Virus record (IMG/VR): IMGVR_UViG_3300021431_002946
Span: 161,291-225,290 of that record
DNA from: a virus
Taxonomy: Duplodnaviria; Heunggongvirae; Uroviricota; Caudoviricetes
Strand: one strand, 5' to 3'
DNA length: 64,000 bases
Below the pieces are notes generated by a model, which had not been told where the DNA came from, ran no database searches, and saw nothing but the letters and a program-made list of their open reading frames with translations. Shown here one piece after another: positions 50,040-59,863 of this stretch. How positions within the stretch are numbered: position 1 is the first letter of the stretch; each line of letters opens with the position of its first letter. The translations under genes were made by a program, and so were the position numbers.

Positions 50040-51206
50040 ATGAAAACAAAACCTAGTAAATTTATTAACGTATTACAATTGATTCTTGCGTATAGCGTAT
50101 CCTGTACAGAAGAAAATATAATTTTGAATCAATTAACTTTTGCTTCATTTTTAGATATTTCACATAGAACAGTTGCAAGACATTTTAGTAAAGCAAAAGA
50201 GCTAGGATATATTAAAATAATTGGTTCTGTAAGAATTTATAATAAACATACAAAAAATAATTGGTTATCTAACATATATGAAGTAAATAATGATAAAATT
50301 AATGAATATATTAAATCTGAAGTTGGAGCAGATCTTTTAAATGATATTGATAACTTAATTAACTTATATCATGAATATATGAATTTTATTAAAAATCCAA
50401 CTAATTTAGAAGATAAACTTATAATTGATAAAAAATCTCAAAATAAAATAGATATACTTAAAAAAGAAAATGTTTATTACATTAAATTACTTGATAAAGT
50501 TAATAATAATGTAATACCATTGAAATATTTGAATCAAGATAAAAAGCGACTTGTAAGTAATTTATGTTCAACTAGAAATCAGAGTCATGATCCAAATAAT
50601 ACTAGAATTAAGATTTTAAAAAACTATTTTAAAACTGAATCTGATATAATTGAATATGATACAAATGCAAGTATTTACAGATTGTCATATGCTTTAGGTC
50701 ATGGTTATTGTGCACCTTTAGATATGGATATGTATGAAGTAATTTTTAAAGAATGCAATTTTGATTTAGAATGGAATGATGAATTACGTAGTATATTTAA
50801 GAAAATTTTGATGCCTATTTATATGCGAGAAAGTTCTCTTAAATATAGATGTTTACAATATAATTCTCAGAAGTCATGGAAGTATATTTTTAATAAAACA
50901 GATAGAGAACAATATAATTCTTATATTTGGCTTGAGGAAAGACTTCAGAGACCAATCTGGAATATATTAGATACAATTCGCAATTCAATGCATAAAGTAT
51001 TAGGTCTTAATAAATTTTATAAGGCTGATATTTTTATTTATGAATCAAATTTACATATATTAATGTTGAAATTATTAAAAGATCTTAATGTTCAAACTTT
51101 AAATGTTTATGATGGTTTTTATTTTGTAAAAGGAACATTAAGTAGAGAAGAATATAATGAAATTTATACTAAAGCAAGTAATATCTTGTTATCACAATTG
51201 AAATAA
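50040..51206 (+). CDS. HTH plus family-A-polymerase-like palm protein (TV-Pol-like, possible replication protein)
   Basis: N-terminal HTH (NQLTFASFLDISHRTVARHF); IIEYDTNASIYRL, YESNL, LNVYDGFYF. Confidence 0.55.
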   Translation: MKTKPSKFINVLQLILAYSVSCTEENIILNQLTFASFLDISHRTVARHFSKAKELGYIKIIGSVRIYNKHTKNNWLSNIYEVNNDKINEYIKSEVGADLLNDIDNLINLYHEYMNFIKNPTNLEDKLIIDKKSQNKIDILKKENVYYIKLLDKVNNNVIPLKYLNQDKKRLVSNLCSTRNQSHDPNNTRIKILKNYFKTESDIIEYDTNASIYRLSYALGHGYCAPLDMDMYEVIFKECNFDLEWNDELRSIFKKILMPIYMRESSLKYRCLQYNSQKSWKYIFNKTDREQYNSYIWLEERLQRPIWNILDTIRNSMHKVLGLNKFYKADIFIYESNLHILMLKLLKDLNVQTLNVYDGFYFVKGTLSREEYNEIYTKASNILLSQLK

Positions 51207-51217
51207 GGAGATAAATA

Positions 51218-51388
51218 ATGGCAAATATAGATATTGATATTCAGAATATTTCTGATAAAGATAAATCATCTGATGGAGAAATAGTATTGATTACTGGAGA
51301 AAATGGTGAACAATGCTATGCGTTACGTTATCCAGATGGTTCAATTAAATTAATCGATCATTCTAAAAATGATAGTACATACGATTAA
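51218..51388 (+). CDS. small hypothetical protein (56 aa, not in ORF track)
   Basis: AAGGAG SD; MANIDIDIQN... Confidence 0.55.
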   Translation: MANIDIDIQNISDKDKSSDGEIVLITGENGEQCYALRYPDGSIKLIDHSKNDSTYD

Positions 51389-51415
51389 CAATAACTGAGA
51401 AAGGAGATTTGTAAA

Positions 51416-52591
51416 ATGAGTACAATTAAATGGCTACCTACTACTGCACAATTAAAAAATGACGCACCTGGAACAATTATTTTAGGATCTCCTGGTTCAG
51501 GTAAAACATTCTTTTTAGTAAATATTGCTGCAAATGCATTAGGAATGGGACAAAGAGTTATTGCAATTGATCCTAAAAATGACTTAGGAGCAATTTATAA
51601 TATTAATCCTAATATTGAAGTTGTAGATGTTAACTATATTAGACCTGGTGCATTAAATCCATTTGAATTTTTAAAGAAAGAAAAACCAGATGGTTCTTTT
51701 GAATATCCAGACTCAGCAACAATAACATCAATTATTCAATTATTATTAGGTAAATTAGATAAAGCAGATGAAGATGCACTTATTCCAAAAGTAAAAGACT
51801 TTGTAATTAAAAATAAGCGTAATGAACATATAGATTTATTAGATTTTGGAAATTATCTTTTAAGTAAATCAGATGTTGAATCAAGAACAATGGGTCAAAA
51901 ACTTTTATTATATGCAGATAATAAATATGGTAAACTTTTATTTACATATGATACAGAGGCTAAACCACTTGTATTATCAAAAGATAAGTCTATTATAATT
52001 ACATTACATGGTATGGAATTACCTGATTGTAGTAAACGTGTTGAAGATTATGATGCAAATGATAGATTTACTTCTACAATTATTTATATTATTGCATCAA
52101 AATTATTAGATATATTACAAGATAATGAAAAAACACCTAAAGTATTAATTTGTGATGAGGCGCATATATTATTTAATAATAGGCAAATGGCAAGTGTTAT
52201 TAATAAATTTTTAACATTAGGTCGTGCATTAAATACTGCAACTGTACTTGCGTCTCAAGGTATTTCACAATTTCCTAAAAATATTGCAAATTATATTACT
52301 TCAAAATTTATATTTAAATCTTCAATTGAAGAAGCGCGACAATTTTTAGAATTATTTAATACTGGTGCGCTTGATGCGTCTCAGTCTATTGATGAAGATA
52401 ATATAGTAACCGCAATTACACAGTTACCTAAAGGTGTATGTTTCTTTATAGATAGAAAAAATAGAAATGGTGTTATACATATTAAATCAAATTATGATGA
52501 AAAATTAATTTCATCAAATCCACTTACAAAGAAACGTATAGATGAAAATGGTAATTTAGTAGATAGAGAAGATATTGATGAAGAAGAATAA
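51416..52591 (+). CDS. VirB4/TcpF-like ATPase (C-terminal domain only)
   Basis: GSPGSGKT, IDPK.D, LNPF, ICDEAH, GRALN..VLASQ. Confidence 0.8.
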   Translation: MSTIKWLPTTAQLKNDAPGTIILGSPGSGKTFFLVNIAANALGMGQRVIAIDPKNDLGAIYNINPNIEVVDVNYIRPGALNPFEFLKKEKPDGSFEYPDSATITSIIQLLLGKLDKADEDALIPKVKDFVIKNKRNEHIDLLDFGNYLLSKSDVESRTMGQKLLLYADNKYGKLLFTYDTEAKPLVLSKDKSIIITLHGMELPDCSKRVEDYDANDRFTSTIIYIIASKLLDILQDNEKTPKVLICDEAHILFNNRQMASVINKFLTLGRALNTATVLASQGISQFPKNIANYITSKFIFKSSIEEARQFLELFNTGALDASQSIDEDNIVTAITQLPKGVCFFIDRKNRNGVIHIKSNYDEKLISSNPLTKKRIDENGNLVDREDIDEEE

Positions 52592-52610
52592 TTAAAGGAG
52601 AAGATGAAAA

Positions 52611-53177
52611 ATGGTAGATCTAAATGAAGAGTTTTGGATTAGTGTTTCTGAATTTTTGAATGCAAATCCAGCATTAGTTTTTAAGTTTACTACAACAGAT
52701 TCAAATTCAATTAAACAAAGAGGGTTAAAATGGTTTGAATCTTGGCAAGCATTAAAATCAAATATTAAATATACACATGATATTTGTAGAATTCTTAAAG
52801 ATTTGAGATATTTAAAAGAATCAAATGCATATATTAGTTCTCAAGCATTTGAATACTTAAATAAAATTAATTTAGGATTAAAAGAAATTGAACCTAATAT
52901 TGAAAATGTTGAAGTTGTTGGAGGAGATAGAGAAAACTCTTGGTATTTTTATCCTGAAAATAATTCATATTTAGAAATAGCAACTTGGGCAAAGCAAAAA
53001 GTTGGTGGAATATTTGAAAATATGCCTTTGGATGAAATTATGAACAAACATATGTTCTTTGGATCTGATACTGGTTTCTCAAAAGGATTTTACAATGGTG
53101 ATACAATTGTATTATATAAAGATATAGATGCTTTAGAAGAAAATGTAAAACAAGATGCTGAATTTGTAAGGAAGTAA
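52611..53177 (+). CDS. hypothetical protein
   Basis: ORF with SD. Confidence 0.6.
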   Translation: MVDLNEEFWISVSEFLNANPALVFKFTTTDSNSIKQRGLKWFESWQALKSNIKYTHDICRILKDLRYLKESNAYISSQAFEYLNKINLGLKEIEPNIENVEVVGGDRENSWYFYPENNSYLEIATWAKQKVGGIFENMPLDEIMNKHMFFGSDTGFSKGFYNGDTIVLYKDIDALEENVKQDAEFVRK

Positions 53178-53182
53178 TACAA

Positions 53183-53401
53183 ATGACTTTATATGAACAA
53201 TTTGAGAAATATTGTCATAAATTACCTGGAAAATGTTATCCAGAAACAGCAGGTAAAATGGCAACAACTCATGGAGAAGCATTACATAGATTTGTATTAC
53301 CATTTATAAAAAAGAATAACGCAGAAATTACTATAACTATTAAAAATTTAAATAATAATTTATATTATATTGTAGAAGATGTGAGAAAGAAGGTAAATTA
53401 A
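53183..53401 (+). CDS. hypothetical protein
   Basis: ORF. Confidence 0.5.
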   Translation: MTLYEQFEKYCHKLPGKCYPETAGKMATTHGEALHRFVLPFIKKNNAEITITIKNLNNNLYYIVEDVRKKVN

Positions 53402-53405
53402 AAAA

Positions 53406-54257
53406 ATGAGATTTTTAAGAAATAAGGAAGGTACAATTGTTGCAGTAATTGTAATTTTAATTGGTATTGCTGTTGGTTATTTTGCAGTGTCAACACTTGC
53501 CAAATATTATTGGGATGCTGCTGCAAATAATAATGCGTACAAAAAAGTAACTGACGAATTTTATAATGATGATGAAAATAAGGAAACTCCTACAGTTCCT
53601 GCAGATCCAAATGCGCCTTTATCTAATGATACTAAACAACAATTACTAGATAAGTATAATAAGATGCATAATATAAATAAAGATTATGTATTTTGGTTAA
53701 GTATGGAAGGAATTAATCTTGAATATCCAGTTGTATCATCTAGTAATGATAGAATGGGAGAATATACTTATTTAACTCATGACTTTTATAAGAAGAAGAA
53801 TAAAAATGGATGTTTATTCATGTCTGAAAATTGTACAACAGATAGTGATAATATTATTATTTATGGACATAATATGAAATCTGGTGAAATGTTTGGTAAG
53901 CTTAATAGATATGAAAAAGCGTCATTTGTAAAAGAGCATCCTCTTATTTTAGTGTATTTAAAAGATGAAATTAGATATTACGAAATAATTTCAGTATTTA
54001 CTTGTCCAAATGCAAAGAGACCTTTTAACTGGGAAAGTTATACATATATGCCAGGCGCAGGTCAAAGAGTAAGATTCGGATATAAAGTAAAAAATAGTTC
54101 TATGATTGCAACAAAATATGATCCTACTATTCATATGGATAAGTTCTTAACATTAGTAACTTGTGAATATACACATGAAGATGGTAGATTAGTAGTTATT
54201 GCAAGACAGTTAGGTACACCTAAGATAGAAGATTATCAAAAACAAGGAGTAGAATAA
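53406..54257 (+). CDS. srtB: class B sortase
   Basis: N-terminal TM; YPVV, IYGHNM...MFG.L, TLVTC, GRLVV. Confidence 0.9.
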   Translation: MRFLRNKEGTIVAVIVILIGIAVGYFAVSTLAKYYWDAAANNNAYKKVTDEFYNDDENKETPTVPADPNAPLSNDTKQQLLDKYNKMHNINKDYVFWLSMEGINLEYPVVSSSNDRMGEYTYLTHDFYKKKNKNGCLFMSENCTTDSDNIIIYGHNMKSGEMFGKLNRYEKASFVKEHPLILVYLKDEIRYYEIISVFTCPNAKRPFNWESYTYMPGAGQRVRFGYKVKNSSMIATKYDPTIHMDKFLTLVTCEYTHEDGRLVVIARQLGTPKIEDYQKQGVE

Positions 54258-54598
54258 TGAAATGTATAGTAGGAGGCATAGAATACTATATTGCTCAAAA
54301 AGATGTAGATCTTAAAAAGCAAGATTTAGGTTATATTTGTTCTATAAATCTTATTGTAAAAAATAATAATATTGATTTTGAAATATCTGAATTAAACTTT
54401 ACTTGTAATTTCTGTATACCACAGAAAAATTATGTGATAGAAGATCCAATTGCATCAATATTTGCAATAGAATTCAATCATATTGAAAGTAGTAAAATAG
54501 AAGTTTTTGAAGATGATTCAATACATTGGTATGGTACAGCAGATATTAATTGGCGAGAACCTTTTAAATCGAATGTACCATTCGATATTTATATTTAA
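54257..54598 (+). CDS. hypothetical protein
   Basis: ORF, TAATG coupling. Confidence 0.55.
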   Translation: MKCIVGGIEYYIAQKDVDLKKQDLGYICSINLIVKNNNIDFEISELNFTCNFCIPQKNYVIEDPIASIFAIEFNHIESSKIEVFEDDSIHWYGTADINWREPFKSNVPFDIYI

Positions 54599-54613
54599 GG
54601 AGGTAATATATAC

Positions 54614-55381
54614 ATGGCTAACGGAAAACGATTAGATGAAAATATTGCCGACTCAAAAGATCAAGAGCAAGTATTAAAAGGTATACAACCAAGACATCAA
54701 AACTGTTTTAAATTCTTTAAAATTTGTAGATTTTTATCAATATTTGCATTAGTAATGGGAATTATTGCATTTATATTAACTAAAGTACCTGTATTTAAAT
54801 TTATTACTGCTACAAGTTTTTATAGAAAATATATTTTTGGTGGAATGCTCATTCTTGCTGCTATTATTGGATTATTAGCAGTATTGACTAGAGTTTTATT
54901 CTTAAGAAAAGCTCCATTTGATGATTGGGTTTGGGATATTGCATCAAATAGACTTGGAACAGACGTTATCTTTTATGATAGTAGATACATATATCTTAGT
55001 TATGATAGAAAAGGAAAAGAAGTTGATAAGAAAGATTTTGTTACTGAAATGAGTGATAAATCAATTCATTATTCATATTTCTATGTAAAAACTGATATTG
55101 ATGCTGGATATATTGTAGTTGAATGTAAAAAGCGAGCACCTATTCCAACAAAAGCATCATTAAATGCAGACGATGATAAATTTTGGAATATTATTCCATT
55201 AGGTTTAACTATTCATCCAATAAGACAAACTATCGCTCCTATTGGTTGGTATTTAAATGATCAAAATGTAAATGATGAATTATTAGAAACTATTCCGTCT
55301 GTTTCAATACTTATTGCTGGTGGTACAGGATGTATGGAAAAAAATACTCCTGTTGTAATGCACGATTCTATTATAAAGTAA
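54614..55381 (+). CDS. N-terminal fragment of FtsK/TcpA-like membrane ATPase fused to a 16-aa split-intein IntN
   Basis: 2 TM; IPLG; SILIAGGTG (half Walker A) then CMEKNTPVVMHDSIIK and stop. Confidence 0.75.
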   Translation: MANGKRLDENIADSKDQEQVLKGIQPRHQNCFKFFKICRFLSIFALVMGIIAFILTKVPVFKFITATSFYRKYIFGGMLILAAIIGLLAVLTRVLFLRKAPFDDWVWDIASNRLGTDVIFYDSRYIYLSYDRKGKEVDKKDFVTEMSDKSIHYSYFYVKTDIDAGYIVVECKKRAPIPTKASLNADDDKFWNIIPLGLTIHPIRQTIAPIGWYLNDQNVNDELLETIPSVSILIAGGTGCMEKNTPVVMHDSIIK

Positions 55382-55395
55382 GAAAGGATGTATAA

Positions 55396-56469
55396 ATGAA
55401 AGCACAAAAAATTGTAATAACTGGAGGTCCATGCGCAGGTAAATCAACTGCCATGAGTAGAATTCAAGAAGAACTTAGTCAATTAGGTTACAGAGTATTT
55501 TTTATTACAGAATCTGCAACTGAATTTATTACTAGTGGTATTGTTCACACATTACCTAATTTTCAAAAAAATTTATTAGAATATCAATTATACAAAGAAA
55601 AAATGTATGAAAGAATTGCTGAAAGTTTAGATGAAAAAGTAGTTATTATATTAGACCGAGGTGCTTTAGATAGCAAAATTTATACAACTAAAAAAGAATT
55701 TAATGAAATTTGTAAAGCATTGCATACAAATGAAATAGAATTACGGGACAATTACGATGCTGTATTTCATTTAGTTACTGCTGCAAAAGGCGCAAAAGCT
55801 TTTTATACGACTGCAAATAATTCTGCAAGAAGAGAAACAGTTGACGAAGCAATTATAATGGATGATAAAGGAATAGCAGCTTGGACAGGACATCCACATT
55901 TTAGAGTTATTGATAATAGTACTAATTTTGATGATAAGATTAAGCGGCTCATGAAAGAAATTACTTCTTTCCTTGGTGAACCTGAACCTTATGAAATTGA
56001 AAGAAAATTCTTAATTAAATATCCAAATATTGAATGGTTAGAATCATTACCAAATGTTGAAAAAGTTGATATTATTCAAACTTATTTAATTAGTGATGAT
56101 CCTAATGAGGAAGTTAGAATTAGACAAAGAGGTATAAATGGTAATTACATTTATACAAAAACAACAAAAAGAAAAGTTTCTGCTACTAAACGTGTAGAAG
56201 TAGAAAAAAGACTTTCAATAAATGAATATATCAATTATTTAATGAGTGCTGATACAACAAAGCACCAAATAAGAAAAACAAGATATTGTATGACATACGA
56301 TAATTGTTACTTAGAAATTGATATTTATCCATTTTGGAAAAACAAAGCAATTTTAGAAATAGAACTTACAAATGAAGATGAAATAATCAATATTCCAAAA
56401 GAAATAAAGATTATCAAAGAAGTTACTTCAGATGATCATTACAAAAATTACAATCTATCTCAATTATAA
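55396..56469 (+). CDS. AAA_28 P-loop kinase plus CYTH domain protein
   Basis: ITGGPCAGKS, DRGALD, EIERKFL, ILEIE. Confidence 0.85.
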   Translation: MKAQKIVITGGPCAGKSTAMSRIQEELSQLGYRVFFITESATEFITSGIVHTLPNFQKNLLEYQLYKEKMYERIAESLDEKVVIILDRGALDSKIYTTKKEFNEICKALHTNEIELRDNYDAVFHLVTAAKGAKAFYTTANNSARRETVDEAIIMDDKGIAAWTGHPHFRVIDNSTNFDDKIKRLMKEITSFLGEPEPYEIERKFLIKYPNIEWLESLPNVEKVDIIQTYLISDDPNEEVRIRQRGINGNYIYTKTTKRKVSATKRVEVEKRLSINEYINYLMSADTTKHQIRKTRYCMTYDNCYLEIDIYPFWKNKAILEIELTNEDEIINIPKEIKIIKEVTSDDHYKNYNLSQL

Positions 56470-56486
56470 ATTTATAATAAAAATTA

Positions 56487-56515
56487 TTTACTACTTTGAA
56501 AGATTGATATATAAT
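56487..56515 (+). promoter_or_regulatory. sigmaA-type promoter of the hydrolase-sigma-sigma-Hint operon
   Basis: TTTACT-N17-TATAAT. Confidence 0.55.
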
Positions 56516-56569
56516 ATGAATAGATATATAAAAGTGTAATCTAAAAGTAATAAATAAGGAGATATTATA

Positions 56570-57340
56570 ATGATTGGAGCTGTAATTGGAGACGTAGTTG
56601 GAAGTAGATTTGAGCAGTCAAATAGAAAATCTAAGTCATTTGATTTTTTTGATGATGGATGTAGACCTACTGATGATACTATTATGTCATTAGCTGTACA
56701 GGATGCTATTAGAAGTATTAAATCTCTTCAGCTTACAGATAATGAAGCTAAGGAATTTGTTATTGCAATAATGCAGTCTTATGGAAAAAATTATCCTGGA
56801 GCTGGATACGGATCTGAATTTTATAAATGGTTGCAGTCAGATCATCCTGCACCTTATAATAGTTATGGTAATGGTGCAATAATGAGAATATCTTCTCTTG
56901 GATTTGAGTTAGATAATCTTAATGATATTGAACATTATGCAGAACTTATAACTGCAGTATCTCATAATCATCCTGAAGCAATTAAAGCTGCAAAGGCATT
57001 TGCAGGTGCTATTTATATTGCTAGAACTACAAAAGATAAAAATAAGGTTGCTGAACATATTAAGAAGTATGGATATATAATTCCGGATCTTAATATTATT
57101 CGGCCTACATATAAATTTGATGCTTCTTGCCAGGGAACATTACCTGAAGCAGTTGCTGCATTTATTGAAAGTACAGATTTTGAAGACGCAATAAGAAATG
57201 CAATCTCTATTGGAGGAGATAGTGATACTATTGCTTGTTGTACAGGTGCTTTGGCTGAAGCATATTATGGAGTTCCAGAAGAAATGATTGAAGAACTTAG
57301 ACATTATATGGGCTCTAACTTGTATAAATTGTTGATGTAA
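56570..57340 (+). CDS. ADP-ribosylglycohydrolase (DraG/ARH family)
   Basis: GAVIGDVVG, TDDT, SYGNGAIMR, GGDSDT. Confidence 0.9.
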   Translation: MIGAVIGDVVGSRFEQSNRKSKSFDFFDDGCRPTDDTIMSLAVQDAIRSIKSLQLTDNEAKEFVIAIMQSYGKNYPGAGYGSEFYKWLQSDHPAPYNSYGNGAIMRISSLGFELDNLNDIEHYAELITAVSHNHPEAIKAAKAFAGAIYIARTTKDKNKVAEHIKKYGYIIPDLNIIRPTYKFDASCQGTLPEAVAAFIESTDFEDAIRNAISIGGDSDTIACCTGALAEAYYGVPEEMIEELRHYMGSNLYKLLM

Positions 57341-57356
57341 GGAAGAGAAAGGAAAC

Positions 57357-58607
57357 ATGTCAAAGGATTTACAGACTAGACTTGATAACATACTTAAGTC
57401 TTTACCAAAGAAAGAAATTCATATAAAAGAATTGAAATCTTTGTTAGCGACTAATAAAAAGTATGCAAATAAAGAATCAATACTAAATGCTGCTATTGAT
57501 TATTTAAAAAATAAAAATATAAAAATAATAGAAGAAACAAAAACAAAAGCAAAACCAAACGTATTTGATGAAATACTTGAGCTAGAAGATGATATAGACG
57601 ATTCAATTATTGAAGAAGAAACTGAGGTAGATAAAGAAGAATTAGAAGAAATTGAAAAGATTACTTTAAATTCAATACCACGTGCAATAGTACAATATTT
57701 TAGAGATCTTGATGTACTTGATACTTCGGTATTAGATAAAGAAACTGAATATGAATATATTAGAAAAGCACAAAGTGGTGATTTAGAAGCTCGTGATGAG
57801 CTTATTTACCACAATTTACTTTTAGTAGTAAAAATTGCTAAATACTATAATGACAGATACGATTGTAGTCTTGCTCTAGATGATTTAATTCAAGAAGGAA
57901 ATATGGGACTTCTTGAAGCATTAAAGCGTTTTGATTTATCTAGAAATCTTAAATTTAGTACTTATGCTGAAAAATGGATAAGAAGTAAAATTTTAAGAAT
58001 AATTGCAACTGAAGGTAGAACAATTAAATATCCTAGTTGGGTTGTAGATTTAATTAAAAATGTTAACTACGTAATAAATAAATTTGAAAAAGAAAAAGGA
58101 CAATCTCCAACAAATGCAGAAATTGTAAAAATTTTAGCTACGCGCGGTTATAAGATTTGTTATAGACTAAATATAAATGAAGATTATATAAATTTTGCAA
58201 GAGATCTAATTAATTCTAAAATAATTTCATTAAATACTCAAATTGGAGAAGATAAAGATTCTGATCTTGGAGATTTTATTCCATCTACTGAATATTCTCC
58301 AAATACTGAAATTGAAAGAGATGATTTGCTTGAAAAAATTAATAAACTTTTACCTACTATATTGAATAAAAAAGAATGTTATATTATTAGACAAAGATAT
58401 GGATTAAATCCAGAACATAATTTTAGAACATTAACTGATCTTGCGCAAGAATTTGGAGTAAAACATCAAGCTGTTCAACAAATGGAAAAAAGAGCTTGTG
58501 CAAAGCTAAAAAGAGGTAGTGTTGGTAATTTATTGAAAGCGTATTTTACATCTAATTCATTTTGTGATTTTTCAGATGATAATTATAAAAAGGATTATAT
58601 ATTTTAA
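57357..58607 (+). CDS. RpoD-like sigma70 factor 1
   Basis: NLLLVVKIAK, DLIQEGNMGLLEAL.RFD, FSTYA, region 3/4. Confidence 0.9.
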   Translation: MSKDLQTRLDNILKSLPKKEIHIKELKSLLATNKKYANKESILNAAIDYLKNKNIKIIEETKTKAKPNVFDEILELEDDIDDSIIEEETEVDKEELEEIEKITLNSIPRAIVQYFRDLDVLDTSVLDKETEYEYIRKAQSGDLEARDELIYHNLLLVVKIAKYYNDRYDCSLALDDLIQEGNMGLLEALKRFDLSRNLKFSTYAEKWIRSKILRIIATEGRTIKYPSWVVDLIKNVNYVINKFEKEKGQSPTNAEIVKILATRGYKICYRLNINEDYINFARDLINSKIISLNTQIGEDKDSDLGDFIPSTEYSPNTEIERDDLLEKINKLLPTILNKKECYIIRQRYGLNPEHNFRTLTDLAQEFGVKHQAVQQMEKRACAKLKRGSVGNLLKAYFTSNSFCDFSDDNYKKDYIF

Positions 58608-58609
58608 AT

Positions 58610-59863
58610 ATGAATAAGAAGTTGGAACGTAAATTAAAAAATCTTAATGTTCAGAAAATTGATTTTCCTGAACTAAAAAATATTATTTTTAGAAATAAGG
58701 ATTTTAGAACTACAAATTATCTTGTAGAGTCTATTGATTGGTTAATAGATAATAATATTAAAGTAACTAATATACCAAAGACTGACGCTTTTGCAAAGTT
58801 TAATGAAAATAAAGAAGATCAAACTATTGAAGAAGAAGATGCTGAATATGATACTTCTGAAATGACTACTTTAGAAGAAGTAGAGGAAATTGAAAAAGAA
58901 ATTGAAGAAGAAGATAAGGCATCAAACTATACTGAAATTAATACTTCTAGTGATTATATTCTTAATTTATATATAGGTGATGTTTCTGCAATTAAAAGAA
59001 AAAATCTTACTAAAGAAGAAGAAGTAGAACTTTTTAAGAAATATCATAATGGTGATGAAAGTGCAAAGCAAGAATTAATTGAAAGAAATTTAAGACTTGT
59101 ATTATTTTGTGCTAGAAAATACGCAAATAAGTCATTAAAGTTAAGTATAATGGATATTATTCAAGAAGGTAATACTGGTTTACTTATTGCATTAGATAAA
59201 TTTGATTATACCATGGGATTTAGATTCGCTACATATGCAGTTTGGTGGATTATTAATGGTATTAAGACTGCAATTGCAAATAATGGTAAAACAATTAGAA
59301 TACCGATACATACAACTGAACAAGCACTTGCAGTTCTTAAAGCAAAATCCGCTTTAATGAATAAAACAGGTAAAGAACCAACATTTGAAGAAATCGCAGA
59401 TTATTGTAACAAGAATGATCTTAATAAAAATGTTAAAAGAAGAGATGGTGTAAAACCTCCTCTTACTGCAGCACAAGCAAAAAAGTTCTTATTTATATAT
59501 CAAACTGAACTTATTTCTATTGATACACCTACTGGTGAAAATGAAGATGATAATCTATATGAATTTCTTGAGGATAAAGAAACAGAATCACCAGAGAGTT
59601 ATACAGATAGATTAGTACTTAGAGATCAAATTGAAGAAGTTATGAACCAAAAACTTAATAAAAGAGAAAGAATAATGGTTAAGCTTAGATACGGCTGGGA
59701 TGATGATAATCCTAAAACATATGTTGAAATTGGTGAAATGTTTGGAGTAACAAAACAATGTATTGAATCAACTGTAAAAAGAGCTCTTAAAAAGTTAAGT
59801 AAATCAACAAAACTTAAAATACCTAAGACAAAGGAAGAATTAAGATGGTGGAGTACAAGATAA
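58610..59863 (+). CDS. RpoD-like sigma70 factor 2
   Basis: NLRLV, DIIQEGNTGL, FRFATYAVWWI, TIRIP.H. Confidence 0.9.
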   Translation: MNKKLERKLKNLNVQKIDFPELKNIIFRNKDFRTTNYLVESIDWLIDNNIKVTNIPKTDAFAKFNENKEDQTIEEEDAEYDTSEMTTLEEVEEIEKEIEEEDKASNYTEINTSSDYILNLYIGDVSAIKRKNLTKEEEVELFKKYHNGDESAKQELIERNLRLVLFCARKYANKSLKLSIMDIIQEGNTGLLIALDKFDYTMGFRFATYAVWWIINGIKTAIANNGKTIRIPIHTTEQALAVLKAKSALMNKTGKEPTFEEIADYCNKNDLNKNVKRRDGVKPPLTAAQAKKFLFIYQTELISIDTPTGENEDDNLYEFLEDKETESPESYTDRLVLRDQIEEVMNQKLNKRERIMVKLRYGWDDDNPKTYVEIGEMFGVTKQCIESTVKRALKKLSKSTKLKIPKTKEELRWWSTR

